This document shows positions 17,700 to 25,725 of a DNA stretch of 28,392 nucleotides, piece by piece. The stretch is taken from IMG/VR virus record IMGVR_UViG_3300037041_000591, positions 1-28,392 of that record; one strand, 5' to 3'. The notes beneath the pieces are model-generated. The model did no database searches and had not been told where the DNA came from. It worked only from the letters and a program-made list of their open reading frames with translations. Within the stretch, counting starts at the first letter, position 1, and each line of letters starts with the position of its first letter. The stretch is from a virus (taxonomy: Duplodnaviria; Caudoviricetes). The position numbers were made by a program, and so were the translations under genes.

Positions 17700-18296
17700 A
17701 TGGCAACTTGTTCGTTTTTAACCCTTGGACTCGATCCAACTTGCGAGGCACTTAAAAAAATAGGCGGAGCAAACAAAAGAATTTGGATCGGACAAATCTC
17801 CGATATTTCGTCCGTAACTTTTGGAACTGACGGAGAGATTACCGCCTTTACTTTATTAACTGGAAAATCGCTCAAGGCGTTTATCGGTAAAAAAGAAAAA
17901 CATCAAGGAACGTACGAATTAACCGCCGGAGAAACGGTAAACTTGTTCAATCAAGCCGCGATTTTAGCTTTATATTTCGAGAGCGATCTTGAGCGTAAAG
18001 CGGTAAACGAATTGGTTAACGTTGAGGATATGTTCGCAATGATTGAAACGAACGCGGGATCGATTGAGGTTTTCGGACTTTCAAACTCGAGCGTTTTAGG
18101 TTACGATAATTTTGGACTAAAGGCAACCGCCGGAACCGGAAACGGAACCGGAGTCCTTATCAACGACGATACCGTTTACCGAGTTACTTTATCCGGTAAC
18201 GTTCCAAACTTACCAATGAGATACAAACCCGCCGACACGTTGGCGAATAATATTATCGGACTCGACGCGATCACTTTCCCGAACGTCGCTCCTTAA
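17700..18296 (+). CDS. Major tail (tube) protein
   Basis: 198 aa, beta-rich. N-terminal C...C....IGG..RIWI pattern, then FG...GL and TLSG C-terminal motifs typical of Bacteroidota siphovirus tube proteins. Confidence 0.65.
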   Translation: MATCSFLTLGLDPTCEALKKIGGANKRIWIGQISDISSVTFGTDGEITAFTLLTGKSLKAFIGKKEKHQGTYELTAGETVNLFNQAAILALYFESDLERKAVNELVNVEDMFAMIETNAGSIEVFGLSNSSVLGYDNFGLKATAGTGNGTGVLINDDTVYRVTLSGNVPNLPMRYKPADTLANNIIGLDAITFPNVAP

Positions 18297-18310
18297 TTTA
18301 TTGTTTTTAA

Positions 18311-18526
18311 ATGGGGCCGGAGGTTAATATCGATTTGATTAAAGAATTAGTCTCCGTCCCGTTTAGGAACGTCCGTAATCGTATCGAGTTACTCGATCAA
18401 TTCGAGGCGGTTTTTAAAGGTATAATCGGAGACGGAAAACTTTGCCGAACTTGTACCAAGGATCGAGAGTTTGCTTATTTAAAACTAAAAAAATACCTTT
18501 CGGAAAATGTCGAAAACGAGATATAA
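18311..18526 (+). CDS. Small hypothetical protein with CxxC
   Basis: 71 aa, CRTC motif, in the structural operon. Confidence 0.7.
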   Translation: MGPEVNIDLIKELVSVPFRNVRNRIELLDQFEAVFKGIIGDGKLCRTCTKDREFAYLKLKKYLSENVENEI

Positions 18527-18734
18527 AATAAACGGAGATCAAATAATCAACGTTAAAGGTTTCGGACGGTTAACGAACGAGAATATAAGCGACGAGATCG
18601 CCGAAAAACTTTTATCCTCGGGCCAATACGGAGAAATAATTTCTCTCGTTAATCCGATCGAGGACGTAAAGTCCGAGGAAACTTTTAAAAAGAAAAAGAA
18701 AAACAATAACTCCGATAATGTCGATCAAGAGTAA
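18507..18734 (+). CDS. Small hypothetical protein, paralogue-like to 16331-16591
   Basis: YKI...G...ENISDEIAE motif and Lys-rich tail. Confidence 0.7.
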   Translation: MSKTRYKINGDQIINVKGFGRLTNENISDEIAEKLLSSGQYGEIISLVNPIEDVKSEETFKKKKKNNNSDNVDQE

Positions 18735-20091
18735 AGTTATTTCTCTCCTTTATAATTTAATACCGGAGAGTTTCGTTAATACTCAAACCGGAGTTATTTC
18801 GTACGGTTCGGATAATTTAATCCCGAACCATTTAATAAACGCGATCTCGTCAAGCGGAACCGCCGCGAATTGTGCGAAAACTTTAAAAATATTTATCGAG
18901 GCCGACGGATTTGTCGGAGGAGAGGGAAAAATAAAAGTCAATCCAAAACAAACCGCCGACGAGTTACTCGCCGGAGTTGCTTATTCTCAAGGGATTTACA
19001 AAGGCTTTGCCTTAAATATACTTTATCGAAATAACGGAGAAATCGGATCGGTTTATTTAATGGCCTTTAATAAGGTTCGTAAAACGTCCGGCGATCAATT
19101 CGTTTATAACGATAATCTCGGAACTAAAAAATATAAAAAGTCCGAGGACGTTGTTTATCCTCCTTTTAATCCGGAAAGATATACGCCGGAGGAGAGGGCC
19201 GCTCGAATATTGTTCGAGATCGAGGAGTTTGGTTATCAACTCGGAGAGGTGCTTTATACGTTCGAGGAAAATCCTTATTTGGAGGATTATCCTTATCCGA
19301 ACGCAATGATCGGGATTAAAGATATAATATCCGACGGATCACTTACGAACCTCGATAATAGAAATATTACAAAAGGATTTCGTCCGACGGTTATTATTTC
19401 GACGATTGGCGAGTTAGACGATACGAGCAAAGGAGGCGGAGGCGGAACCGAGGCGGATCAATTCGACGCAAATTTGCGCAATTTTACCGGAGACGACGCC
19501 GCGACAATCTTACATCTCGAGGCGTCAACAAAAGAGGGATTGCCGCAAGTAACTCAATTTCCTTTACAAGATCAACTCGACGGAGTTGAAAAAGCAACCG
19601 AGAGAGTATCGAAAAAAGTTTGTCGCTTGTTCTCTTGTCCTCCGGTTCTCGTTGGTTTCGACGTTTCGGCGATCCTTGGGAATACTCAAGCAATCGCGAA
19701 CGGGATTAAAATTTTAAACGCGAACGTTTTACCGGATCAAAATTTGATCTCTCGAGCGTTTAAAATGATTTGGCCCGTACCGGATTGGACGATCTCGACA
19801 ATGTCGTTAATTAGTTACATTCCGCCGGAAATACTCGCGAAACTTTCAACGGACGAGGTTCGAGCCTTGGGAGGTTATCCTCCAGTTTCAACGGAGGGAC
19901 AAACCTCGGAGATTACTCTCGCCGAAAAGATCGGAGTCGGAGGCGTTACGGCTTTAACCGGAATACTATCGAACCCGCTTTTAACCGACGCTCAAAAAGT
20001 ACAATCGATAATAAAAATATTCGGACAATCGGAGGACGACGCAAAACTTTTGGTTTTCGGAACTCTCGATCCTCAAACTCCGGCGGCCTAA
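18718..20091 (+). CDS. Portal protein
   Basis: 457 aa. YGSDNLIP..L....SS.T...C N-terminus, YPYP.A, NITKGFRP and PPVLVG motifs. Confidence 0.8.
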   Translation: MSIKSKVISLLYNLIPESFVNTQTGVISYGSDNLIPNHLINAISSSGTAANCAKTLKIFIEADGFVGGEGKIKVNPKQTADELLAGVAYSQGIYKGFALNILYRNNGEIGSVYLMAFNKVRKTSGDQFVYNDNLGTKKYKKSEDVVYPPFNPERYTPEERAARILFEIEEFGYQLGEVLYTFEENPYLEDYPYPNAMIGIKDIISDGSLTNLDNRNITKGFRPTVIISTIGELDDTSKGGGGGTEADQFDANLRNFTGDDAATILHLEASTKEGLPQVTQFPLQDQLDGVEKATERVSKKVCRLFSCPPVLVGFDVSAILGNTQAIANGIKILNANVLPDQNLISRAFKMIWPVPDWTISTMSLISYIPPEILAKLSTDEVRALGGYPPVSTEGQTSEITLAEKIGVGGVTALTGILSNPLLTDAQKVQSIIKIFGQSEDDAKLLVFGTLDPQTPAA

Positions 20092-20092
20092 T

Positions 20093-20707
20093 ATGTTAAT
20101 CACGAAACAAAATATAAAAGACCTCGCTCAATTTACTTTAAATATTGAGGATCGAATTATTAATCCGAATATCGAGGACGCGCAAGAGTACGATTTGAAA
20201 CCGACGATCGGCGACGCTATGTTCGACAAGTTGATCGAGGATTTCGACGGAGGTTTAATCCCTTGGGATATATTAACCGCGTACGCGATCGGCGACTTTG
20301 TCGTTTACGGAAAAATTGTTTACAAAGCATTGACGGTAAACGTCGGAAATCAACCGGATTTATTTCCTTTGGATTGGGAGGTTAACCAACTCGGAACTTT
20401 TTTTAATAAATACCTCCGTCCGTTTATTGTATTCGCAACGTATCAACAATTTTTATTGTGGATCGGTCGGAACCTTACTCAATACGGATTGAGAGAAATG
20501 CTCGAAGATACCTCGATCCCCGTAACGGAGGAGGGCCGCGCCGCGTTGATTGCGGACGCGAGAAAAAAACGCGGAATTTGGTATAATAGACTTACGAACG
20601 AACTTTGTTTAAAAAATTATACCTTTGACGGAGTTTTATACGAAGTGGATTGCGATATTTACAAACCGAACCCAAAACAAACGTATAAAATAAGACCTAT
20701 CAAATAA
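20093..20707 (+). CDS. Head-tail adaptor with inserted CBM5/12-like module
   Basis: Follows the portal. I.DAQ..DLKP.IG...F..L adaptor pattern, with internal WDILTAYAIGDFVVYGKIVYKAL...QP....DW. Confidence 0.6.
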   Translation: MLITKQNIKDLAQFTLNIEDRIINPNIEDAQEYDLKPTIGDAMFDKLIEDFDGGLIPWDILTAYAIGDFVVYGKIVYKALTVNVGNQPDLFPLDWEVNQLGTFFNKYLRPFIVFATYQQFLLWIGRNLTQYGLREMLEDTSIPVTEEGRAALIADARKKRGIWYNRLTNELCLKNYTFDGVLYEVDCDIYKPNPKQTYKIRPIK

Positions 20708-20713
20708 AAATTT

Positions 20714-21598
20714 ATGGCGGTTTTTACGGATTTACAAATTAAACAATGGTTCGAGACGGGAGACTTTCCGACTCAACAACAATTTTTTAACCTTATCGAC
20801 TCAAAGGTTAACGTTTTAGATTTACCCGCTTTATTGGGATTATCGATCGGCGTTACCAATATAACCGGAGGAGCCGATAAAAACATTCTTTTTCAACAAG
20901 GAACGAAAGTTTCTCAAGATAATTTATTCAAGTACGATTATACAAACCGGAGGATCGGAGTAAATATCTCCGCGCCTTTGACGGGTTTCCACGCTTTTTC
21001 GACGGTTGGAAACGCCGATCCGAACCCTTTAACATTCTCCTATCAACGAGACGCGGTTCCGCCTAATTCGAATACAACTTGGTTTGCTCACAACGCTTTA
21101 AATAGCGCAAATGTTAGGATCGCGGCGTTCGCCTTTGCGCAACAAGCCGCCGGACAAGGGACTCGATTTAGTGTATTGGTAACGAATAACTCCGCCGTTA
21201 CTCCGGCAACCGAGGGAATGAGATTAAGCCAAGAGAAAAGGCTCTCGGTCGGAACGATTATAAGCAACGGCGCGAGAGTCGATATCCATTCCGAGGGAAA
21301 TCTCTCGACCGACTTAGCTTTTCGCGTTCGTAATAATGCCAACACAAACGACGACGTTCGAGTTAACGGAACCGGACAAGTATTAATCGGAACTTTTACC
21401 GGAATACCGTCTCCGTCGGCGGTTGTTGAAATCGAGTCGGTAACGAGAGGATTTTTATTTCCGAGAATGACAACGGCCCAACGAAACGCGATCGTCGCTC
21501 CGGCAAACGGCTTGTTTATATGGAATACAACGACGGACGAGTTAAACGTTTTTAAAACCTCGACCGGAACTTGGAGAAGATATAATGACTTACCATAA
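20714..21598 (+). CDS. Fibre/whisker-like virion protein
   Basis: N-terminal WFETGDFPTQQQFFNLIDS, repeated IGV/VGT/IGT fibre-type units, C-terminal SAVVEIES.TRGFLFPRMTTAQRNAI..PANGL domain common in Bacteroidota. Confidence 0.65.
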   Translation: MAVFTDLQIKQWFETGDFPTQQQFFNLIDSKVNVLDLPALLGLSIGVTNITGGADKNILFQQGTKVSQDNLFKYDYTNRRIGVNISAPLTGFHAFSTVGNADPNPLTFSYQRDAVPPNSNTTWFAHNALNSANVRIAAFAFAQQAAGQGTRFSVLVTNNSAVTPATEGMRLSQEKRLSVGTIISNGARVDIHSEGNLSTDLAFRVRNNANTNDDVRVNGTGQVLIGTFTGIPSPSAVVEIESVTRGFLFPRMTTAQRNAIVAPANGLFIWNTTTDELNVFKTSTGTWRRYNDLP

Positions 21599-21615
21599 AA
21601 ATAAAAACTAAAAAT

Positions 21616-21927
21616 ATGGGTTTACTAGTAAAAGAAAACGGAGAGAAAAAAATCAAGATCGACGGAACCGAGATCGAACTCGCTCAAATTTATTTACGCG
21701 TTGCGTTTAACGCAAATGTCGACGGTAAAACTTGCGAGGTTGCTCTTTATTCGTTCGCGTCCGAGTCTATGTTTTTAGACGGAAAAACTTTATTTACCGA
21801 CGTTCCGACTGCAAACCTTTACGTCGTTGTTGACAAGGGGGAAAGTCAATGTATCGAGTTTGTTCTCGCTCACTTAAAAAAATATTATGAAACCGAACTC
21901 GGATATATTGTAGAAATAACACAATAA
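21616..21927 (+). CDS. Hypothetical protein (possible fibre chaperone)
   Basis: 103 aa, directly after the fibre gene. Function inferred from position only. Confidence 0.6.
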   Translation: MGLLVKENGEKKIKIDGTEIELAQIYLRVAFNANVDGKTCEVALYSFASESMFLDGKTLFTDVPTANLYVVVDKGESQCIEFVLAHLKKYYETELGYIVEITQ

Positions 21928-21941
21928 AAAACGCAACCGTT

Positions 21942-22421
21942 ATGCCGTTAAAAAAAATACTAGCGATAAAGATATTCGGATCGAATTTCCTCGGATTAAT
22001 GTTAACTTATCTAGTTAGCTTTTTTACGCCGTTAACGCCTTGGTTAATCGCGATCGGAATTTTTGTCGTTGCCGATATGGTAACGGGTATCTTTGCGGCT
22101 AAAAATAAAGGAGAAAAAATACAATCAAATAAAATGTTTAAGACGATACCGAAATTTTCGGCGTACGGCCTAGGGATTATCGTCGCTCACGTTTTAACCT
22201 TGTTATTTATAAAGGACTTTCCGGCGGTTAAACTTGTCGCGGGATTGATCGCCTTTATCGAAATAAAATCTCTCGACGAAAATATTAAAGCAATAACGGG
22301 AGTTTCTCTCTTTTCCGATCTTATTAAAATTTTAAACCCAAAAAGGAACGACAAGCCGGAGGAGAAAAATCTCAACGAGGAAAACAACGATCAACCTAAT
22401 ACAAATGAGGACGGACAATAA
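21942..22421 (+). CDS. Holin (Phage_holin_4_1-like)
   Basis: Several hydrophobic segments, ADMVTGIFAA...IQS.KM..TI.K and IEIKSLDENI motifs, charged C-terminal tail. Confidence 0.8.
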   Translation: MPLKKILAIKIFGSNFLGLMLTYLVSFFTPLTPWLIAIGIFVVADMVTGIFAAKNKGEKIQSNKMFKTIPKFSAYGLGIIVAHVLTLLFIKDFPAVKLVAGLIAFIEIKSLDENIKAITGVSLFSDLIKILNPKRNDKPEEKNLNEENNDQPNTNEDGQ

Positions 22422-22992
22422 AATCGTTTTAATTGTCGTCGCTCTCCTCGTCGCTTATATTATTTATATGCAATCTTGTAAAGGCGGACGCGTTGAAAAA
22501 ACAACGGTCGTCGAAACCGTTTATAAATTTGATACAATCGATCACTTTTTCCCAGTTTACACTTCAACGAACGTATTTACTCAACTCCCGAACGAGACGA
22601 TCTCAATTCCTTACATTGACTCAAATTATTGTAAACGTATCGCGATCGATTACTTATCAACTCGATACTATTCCGATACATTATCGAACGACTCGATCGA
22701 CCTTTATAATTATTCCGAGGTAACGAATAATAAGATCGTAAAACAACGATCCGGTTATCGGTTAAAGTTTCCGGTCTCCGTTACGAATATCGTTCAAGAG
22801 AACCGCGTTAAAGTTTATCTCGGAGGGACTCTCGGATCGGACTTTAAAAATCAATTATATTTTGGGCCTCAATTATCATTAACCGACAAGCGGGATAATC
22901 TTTATCAAGTCGGTGCGGCGTTCTCTCCTTTTGGCGGATCGCCGATTTATTCTTTTGGGTTCGGCTTCAAACTTAAATTTAAAAAGAAATGA
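22405..22992 (+). CDS. Membrane-anchored lysis accessory (spanin candidate)
   Basis: N-terminal hydrophobic segment ending in QSC, VETVYKFDTI stalk, C-terminal amphipathic beta strands. Lies between the holin and the endolysin candidate. Confidence 0.5.
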   Translation: MRTDNKIVLIVVALLVAYIIYMQSCKGGRVEKTTVVETVYKFDTIDHFFPVYTSTNVFTQLPNETISIPYIDSNYCKRIAIDYLSTRYYSDTLSNDSIDLYNYSEVTNNKIVKQRSGYRLKFPVSVTNIVQENRVKVYLGGTLGSDFKNQLYFGPQLSLTDKRDNLYQVGAAFSPFGGSPIYSFGFGFKLKFKKK

Positions 22993-23642
22993 AAAAAGCG
23001 ATTTTATTAAGCAACCGAGAAATAAATCTCGTTGAGGGATCAAAGGCCTATCCTCTTAATATGCCAACGCAACCGAAAGGAGACGGAACGCCGGAGAGTT
23101 TAACTCGGATCGTTGAGTTTTTAAAAGTTGAAACCTCGCCTCGTTACAAGCGAAAAGAGGTCGACGGAAAGGTCGTCGCGACTTATTGTAATATTTACGC
23201 GTTCGATTACGCTTATCTTGCGGGAGCCTATATCCCGCGCGTTTGGTGGACGCCGGACGCGATTAAAACTCTTAACGTTATGGACGTTCAAGCCAAGTAC
23301 GGAACGACCGTCCTCGAGTTAAACGCGAACTCGCTTTACGATTGGTTCGTAAACTATTCCGATCACTTTGGTTGGGAAAAGCCGTCGAGCCTTGAGGACG
23401 CTCAAAAGAGAGCAAACGCCGGAGAGATTGTTATTATCGTCGCAAAACAAAAGATCGTCTCGCGTTCGGGCCATATTACGGCGATCGTACCGGAGTCGAA
23501 CGGACAAAAGGCCAAGGTTATAAACGGAGAGTTTATTCCGTTGCAATCTCAATCCGGATTTAACAATAAAAAATATTTCGCGGATAATTGGTTTAAAAAT
23601 CCTCGTTATTCCGGCTCCGGTTGTTGGGCCTTTAAACCTTAA
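22989..23642 (+). CDS. Endolysin candidate, CHAP/NlpC-like Cys-His hydrolase
   Basis: TYCNIY (Cys), NANSLYDW, SGHITAIV (His) and QSG in papain-like order. Last gene of the lysis cassette, with no other endolysin visible. Confidence 0.55.
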   Translation: MKKAILLSNREINLVEGSKAYPLNMPTQPKGDGTPESLTRIVEFLKVETSPRYKRKEVDGKVVATYCNIYAFDYAYLAGAYIPRVWWTPDAIKTLNVMDVQAKYGTTVLELNANSLYDWFVNYSDHFGWEKPSSLEDAQKRANAGEIVIIVAKQKIVSRSGHITAIVPESNGQKAKVINGEFIPLQSQSGFNNKKYFADNWFKNPRYSGSGCWAFKP

Positions 23643-23666
23643 ATCCTATTTAAAATAGCCATATCG

Positions 23667-23709
23667 AACGAGCCTCGACCGAAATTAATCGCGTTGAGGC
23701 TCAATCGTT
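23667..23709. terminator. Stem-loop after the lysis cassette
   Basis: GAGCCTCGAC (23670-79) pairs with GTTGAGGCTC (23693-702), extendable by AACG/CGTT. Weak T tract. Confidence 0.5.
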
Positions 23710-23795
23710 TACGCCGTATTTATATAAATTATTATTATAAATTGAAACTATAAATATTTATAGGCGTTCAAGTATCTATAAACAACAACTTAAAT

Positions 23796-24002
23796 ATGTT
23801 TACTTATAAATTAACATTCGACAACGGCGCAAAGTTTATCAGCAAGGGCAAAAACTTGGACGTCGTACATACTAAAATTGTAAACTACATTGAGAAAAAC
23901 AATTTAAAGGAGTGTATTATTTTATGTCCTAATAACGTAACTCGTCGCGTTAGAAAAACGGGTTCGTATCATTGGAACCATAACGGATATTCATTCGATT
24001 AA
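23796..24002 (+). CDS. Hypothetical early protein
   Basis: 68-aa ORF after a long AT-rich gap. Confidence 0.7.
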   Translation: MFTYKLTFDNGAKFISKGKNLDVVHTKIVNYIEKNNLKECIILCPNNVTRRVRKTGSYHWNHNGYSFD

Positions 24003-24016
24003 TTAAATAAACAAAC

Positions 24017-24038
24017 GCTCCGGTCGAAAGGCCGGAGC
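24017..24038. other. GAAA-tetraloop hairpin without + strand U tract
   Basis: GCTCCGGTC-GAAA-GGCCGGAGC, 15 nt before ATG 24054. Confidence 0.7.
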
Positions 24039-24053
24039 CTTAAAATCAAAACA

Positions 24054-24377
24054 ATGGAAACAACTTACACAAATTTAAGAGTAATCGAAAAAAGACAATA
24101 CTCCGACACTTACGGAACTGGAGATCAAATCGGATATAATGTTTATCAAGTCGTTCGAGACTTTGACGAGTCGGATATTTACGACAAAACTTATTCGAGA
24201 GGCCGGAACGTCGGACAATACTTTACCGCCGATTTATTAAAAGCCGGTTGCGTAATCGAGACCGTATCGACTCTTGAGTTTGCTCAATACATAGTTAACG
24301 GAATAGTAAAAAAGAAAATCGAACAATCAAAAAAGGAAATCGCAAAAATCAAACGCAATGGAAAAACCAAAAATTAA
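24054..24377 (+). CDS. Hypothetical early protein
   Basis: 107-aa ORF with an A-rich leader. Confidence 0.75.
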   Translation: METTYTNLRVIEKRQYSDTYGTGDQIGYNVYQVVRDFDESDIYDKTYSRGRNVGQYFTADLLKAGCVIETVSTLEFAQYIVNGIVKKKIEQSKKEIAKIKRNGKTKN

Positions 24378-24537
24378 AATCGATCTTGTAATGTCCGGCG
24401 TAATGGACGGCGCGGCCTTGTCCGCGTGGAAACAAAAAATAAACTATCGCGAGACAATCGACTCAATGATCGCCGGAGGATTGTCCGCTTGTAAACTCGA
24501 CGGCGTATTTATTAAAATAACTTTAATCCCTCAATAA
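24358..24537 (+). CDS. Small hypothetical protein, 59 aa (not in ORF track)
   Basis: Hand translation MEKPKIKIDLVMSGVMDGAALSAWKQKINYRETIDSMIAGGLSACKLDGVFIKITLIPQ*. Fills the gap and ends 1 nt before the next ATG. Confidence 0.7.
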   Translation: MEKPKIKIDLVMSGVMDGAALSAWKQKINYRETIDSMIAGGLSACKLDGVFIKITLIPQ

Positions 24538-24538
24538 A

Positions 24539-24841
24539 ATGGAAACAAAATTTACGCGCGGCCCTTGGGTTGCTATACCGACTTTCCGAACTCAATTCGA
24601 TATTGTTTGCGGCCCGTCGTTAATCGCTTCGGTTAAAAATATACTGGAGGTCGAGGCCAACGCGAAACTAATCGCGGCGGCTCCCGAAATGTTTACCGCC
24701 TTGGCCCTTACTCGCGAACGGTTGTCGGTTTTATTAAATTACTCCTCCGAAAAAATATCCGTCGCCGAGGCTTACAAATTAATTTATGGTTATAACGAGG
24801 TTAATAACTCAATCGAAAAGGCTCTCGGCCTATCAAAATAA
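24539..24841 (+). CDS. Conserved phage hypothetical protein (T.GPW...ANA.LIAAAPE family)
   Basis: FTRGPW and EANAKLIAAAPEM motifs, widespread in phage early regions. Confidence 0.8.
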   Translation: METKFTRGPWVAIPTFRTQFDIVCGPSLIASVKNILEVEANAKLIAAAPEMFTALALTRERLSVLLNYSSEKISVAEAYKLIYGYNEVNNSIEKALGLSK

Positions 24842-24845
24842 ATAC

Positions 24846-24869
24846 TATATTTGTATAATTAAAATTTAT
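24846..24869 (+). promoter_or_regulatory. -7 box TATATTTG with conserved downstream leader
   Basis: TATATTTGTATAATTAAAATTTAT, 21/24 identical to 27553-27576. Confidence 0.65.
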
Positions 24870-24872
24870 TAT

Positions 24873-25109
24873 ATGCCACAATTTAAAAAAGTCGCCGCCG
24901 AATTAAAATCTCACGTTTACGACGAATTGAAAAAGAAATTACTCCGAACTCGTATCGCGAGAGTTACCGGAATGAGTGAACAAACAATCCGCCTTTGGGC
25001 CGTAAAAAAGGACGTTCAACTTTTGAGATACGATATTGTTTCGGAGATCGCCGATTTTTACAAAACGGATATTAAATCGCTCCTCGTATTCGTTGACAAA
25101 CTTTCGTAA
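24873..25109 (+). CDS. Cro/XRE-like HTH protein (start revised to ATG 24873)
   Basis: RTRIARVTGMSEQTIRLW helix-turn-helix and IADFYKTDIKSLL tail, 78 aa. Confidence 0.7.
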   Translation: MPQFKKVAAELKSHVYDELKKKLLRTRIARVTGMSEQTIRLWAVKKDVQLLRYDIVSEIADFYKTDIKSLLVFVDKLS

Positions 25110-25110
25110 T

Positions 25111-25422
25111 ATGCAAACTCAAATCCTTTTTAAAATCGACGGTTTAGACGTTGAGGTCGAACTCGATAAAAACTCGGAATTTTGTTCGGCTTTAAAAATT
25201 GTCGATCCCGATAATTGGTTCGTCCTCGAGTTTCAACTCCGAGACGTAAAGGTCGAGGAGTACGCCGAGCGGGTTGTTTGGGATCACTCGAGACAACAAC
25301 CTCGACACGCTCAAGTAATGGATTACGATCCTTTCGAGCAAGGTTTCGAATATTGCGAGGAGGAGGTTAAAGAATTTATATCCGAGCAACCGCCGGAGAA
25401 ATGGAAACAACTCGAACAATAA
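25111..25422 (+). CDS. Hypothetical acidic protein (start revised to ATG 25111)
   Basis: ATG 1 nt after the previous stop, 103 aa. Confidence 0.7.
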   Translation: MQTQILFKIDGLDVEVELDKNSEFCSALKIVDPDNWFVLEFQLRDVKVEEYAERVVWDHSRQQPRHAQVMDYDPFEQGFEYCEEEVKEFISEQPPEKWKQLEQ

Positions 25423-25446
25423 AAACAAAAATCAAAACTTGAGACA

Positions 25447-25725
25447 ATGGAAACTATTATTACGATCGGTAATCGGATCGATATTCTCGAACTTGAGATC
25501 GAACAACTCGAGGAGGATATTAAATTAATCGACTCTTTAATCGGATCGAGGCAAAAATTCGGAGACTCGGTAATCGTTACTCAGTATAAAAACGATCTCG
25601 ATTTAATAACTCGGCGTTACATTCATAAAAAAGCAATCGAGAAAAAACTCTCAACGATCAAAAACCTAAAAGAATTATCGGACGATTATTCGACTCCGTT
25701 AATTATTTACAAATGGAAACTTTAA
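25447..25725 (+). CDS. Hypothetical coiled-coil protein
   Basis: 92 aa, heptad pattern. Confidence 0.7.
   Translation: METIITIGNRIDILELEIEQLEEDIKLIDSLIGSRQKFGDSVIVTQYKNDLDLITRRYIHKKAIEKKLSTIKNLKELSDDYSTPLIIYKWKL

Noticed and set aside
22433-22723. Embedded Rz1-like o-spanin in the alternate frame
   Set aside because: TTG start, very short hydrophobic stretch, LFIC is a poor lipobox, and the rest is not Pro-rich or otherwise spanin-like.
23643-24053. tRNA or attP site in the intergenic hairpins
   Set aside because: No cloverleaf or T-loop consensus, and there is no integrase to use an attP.
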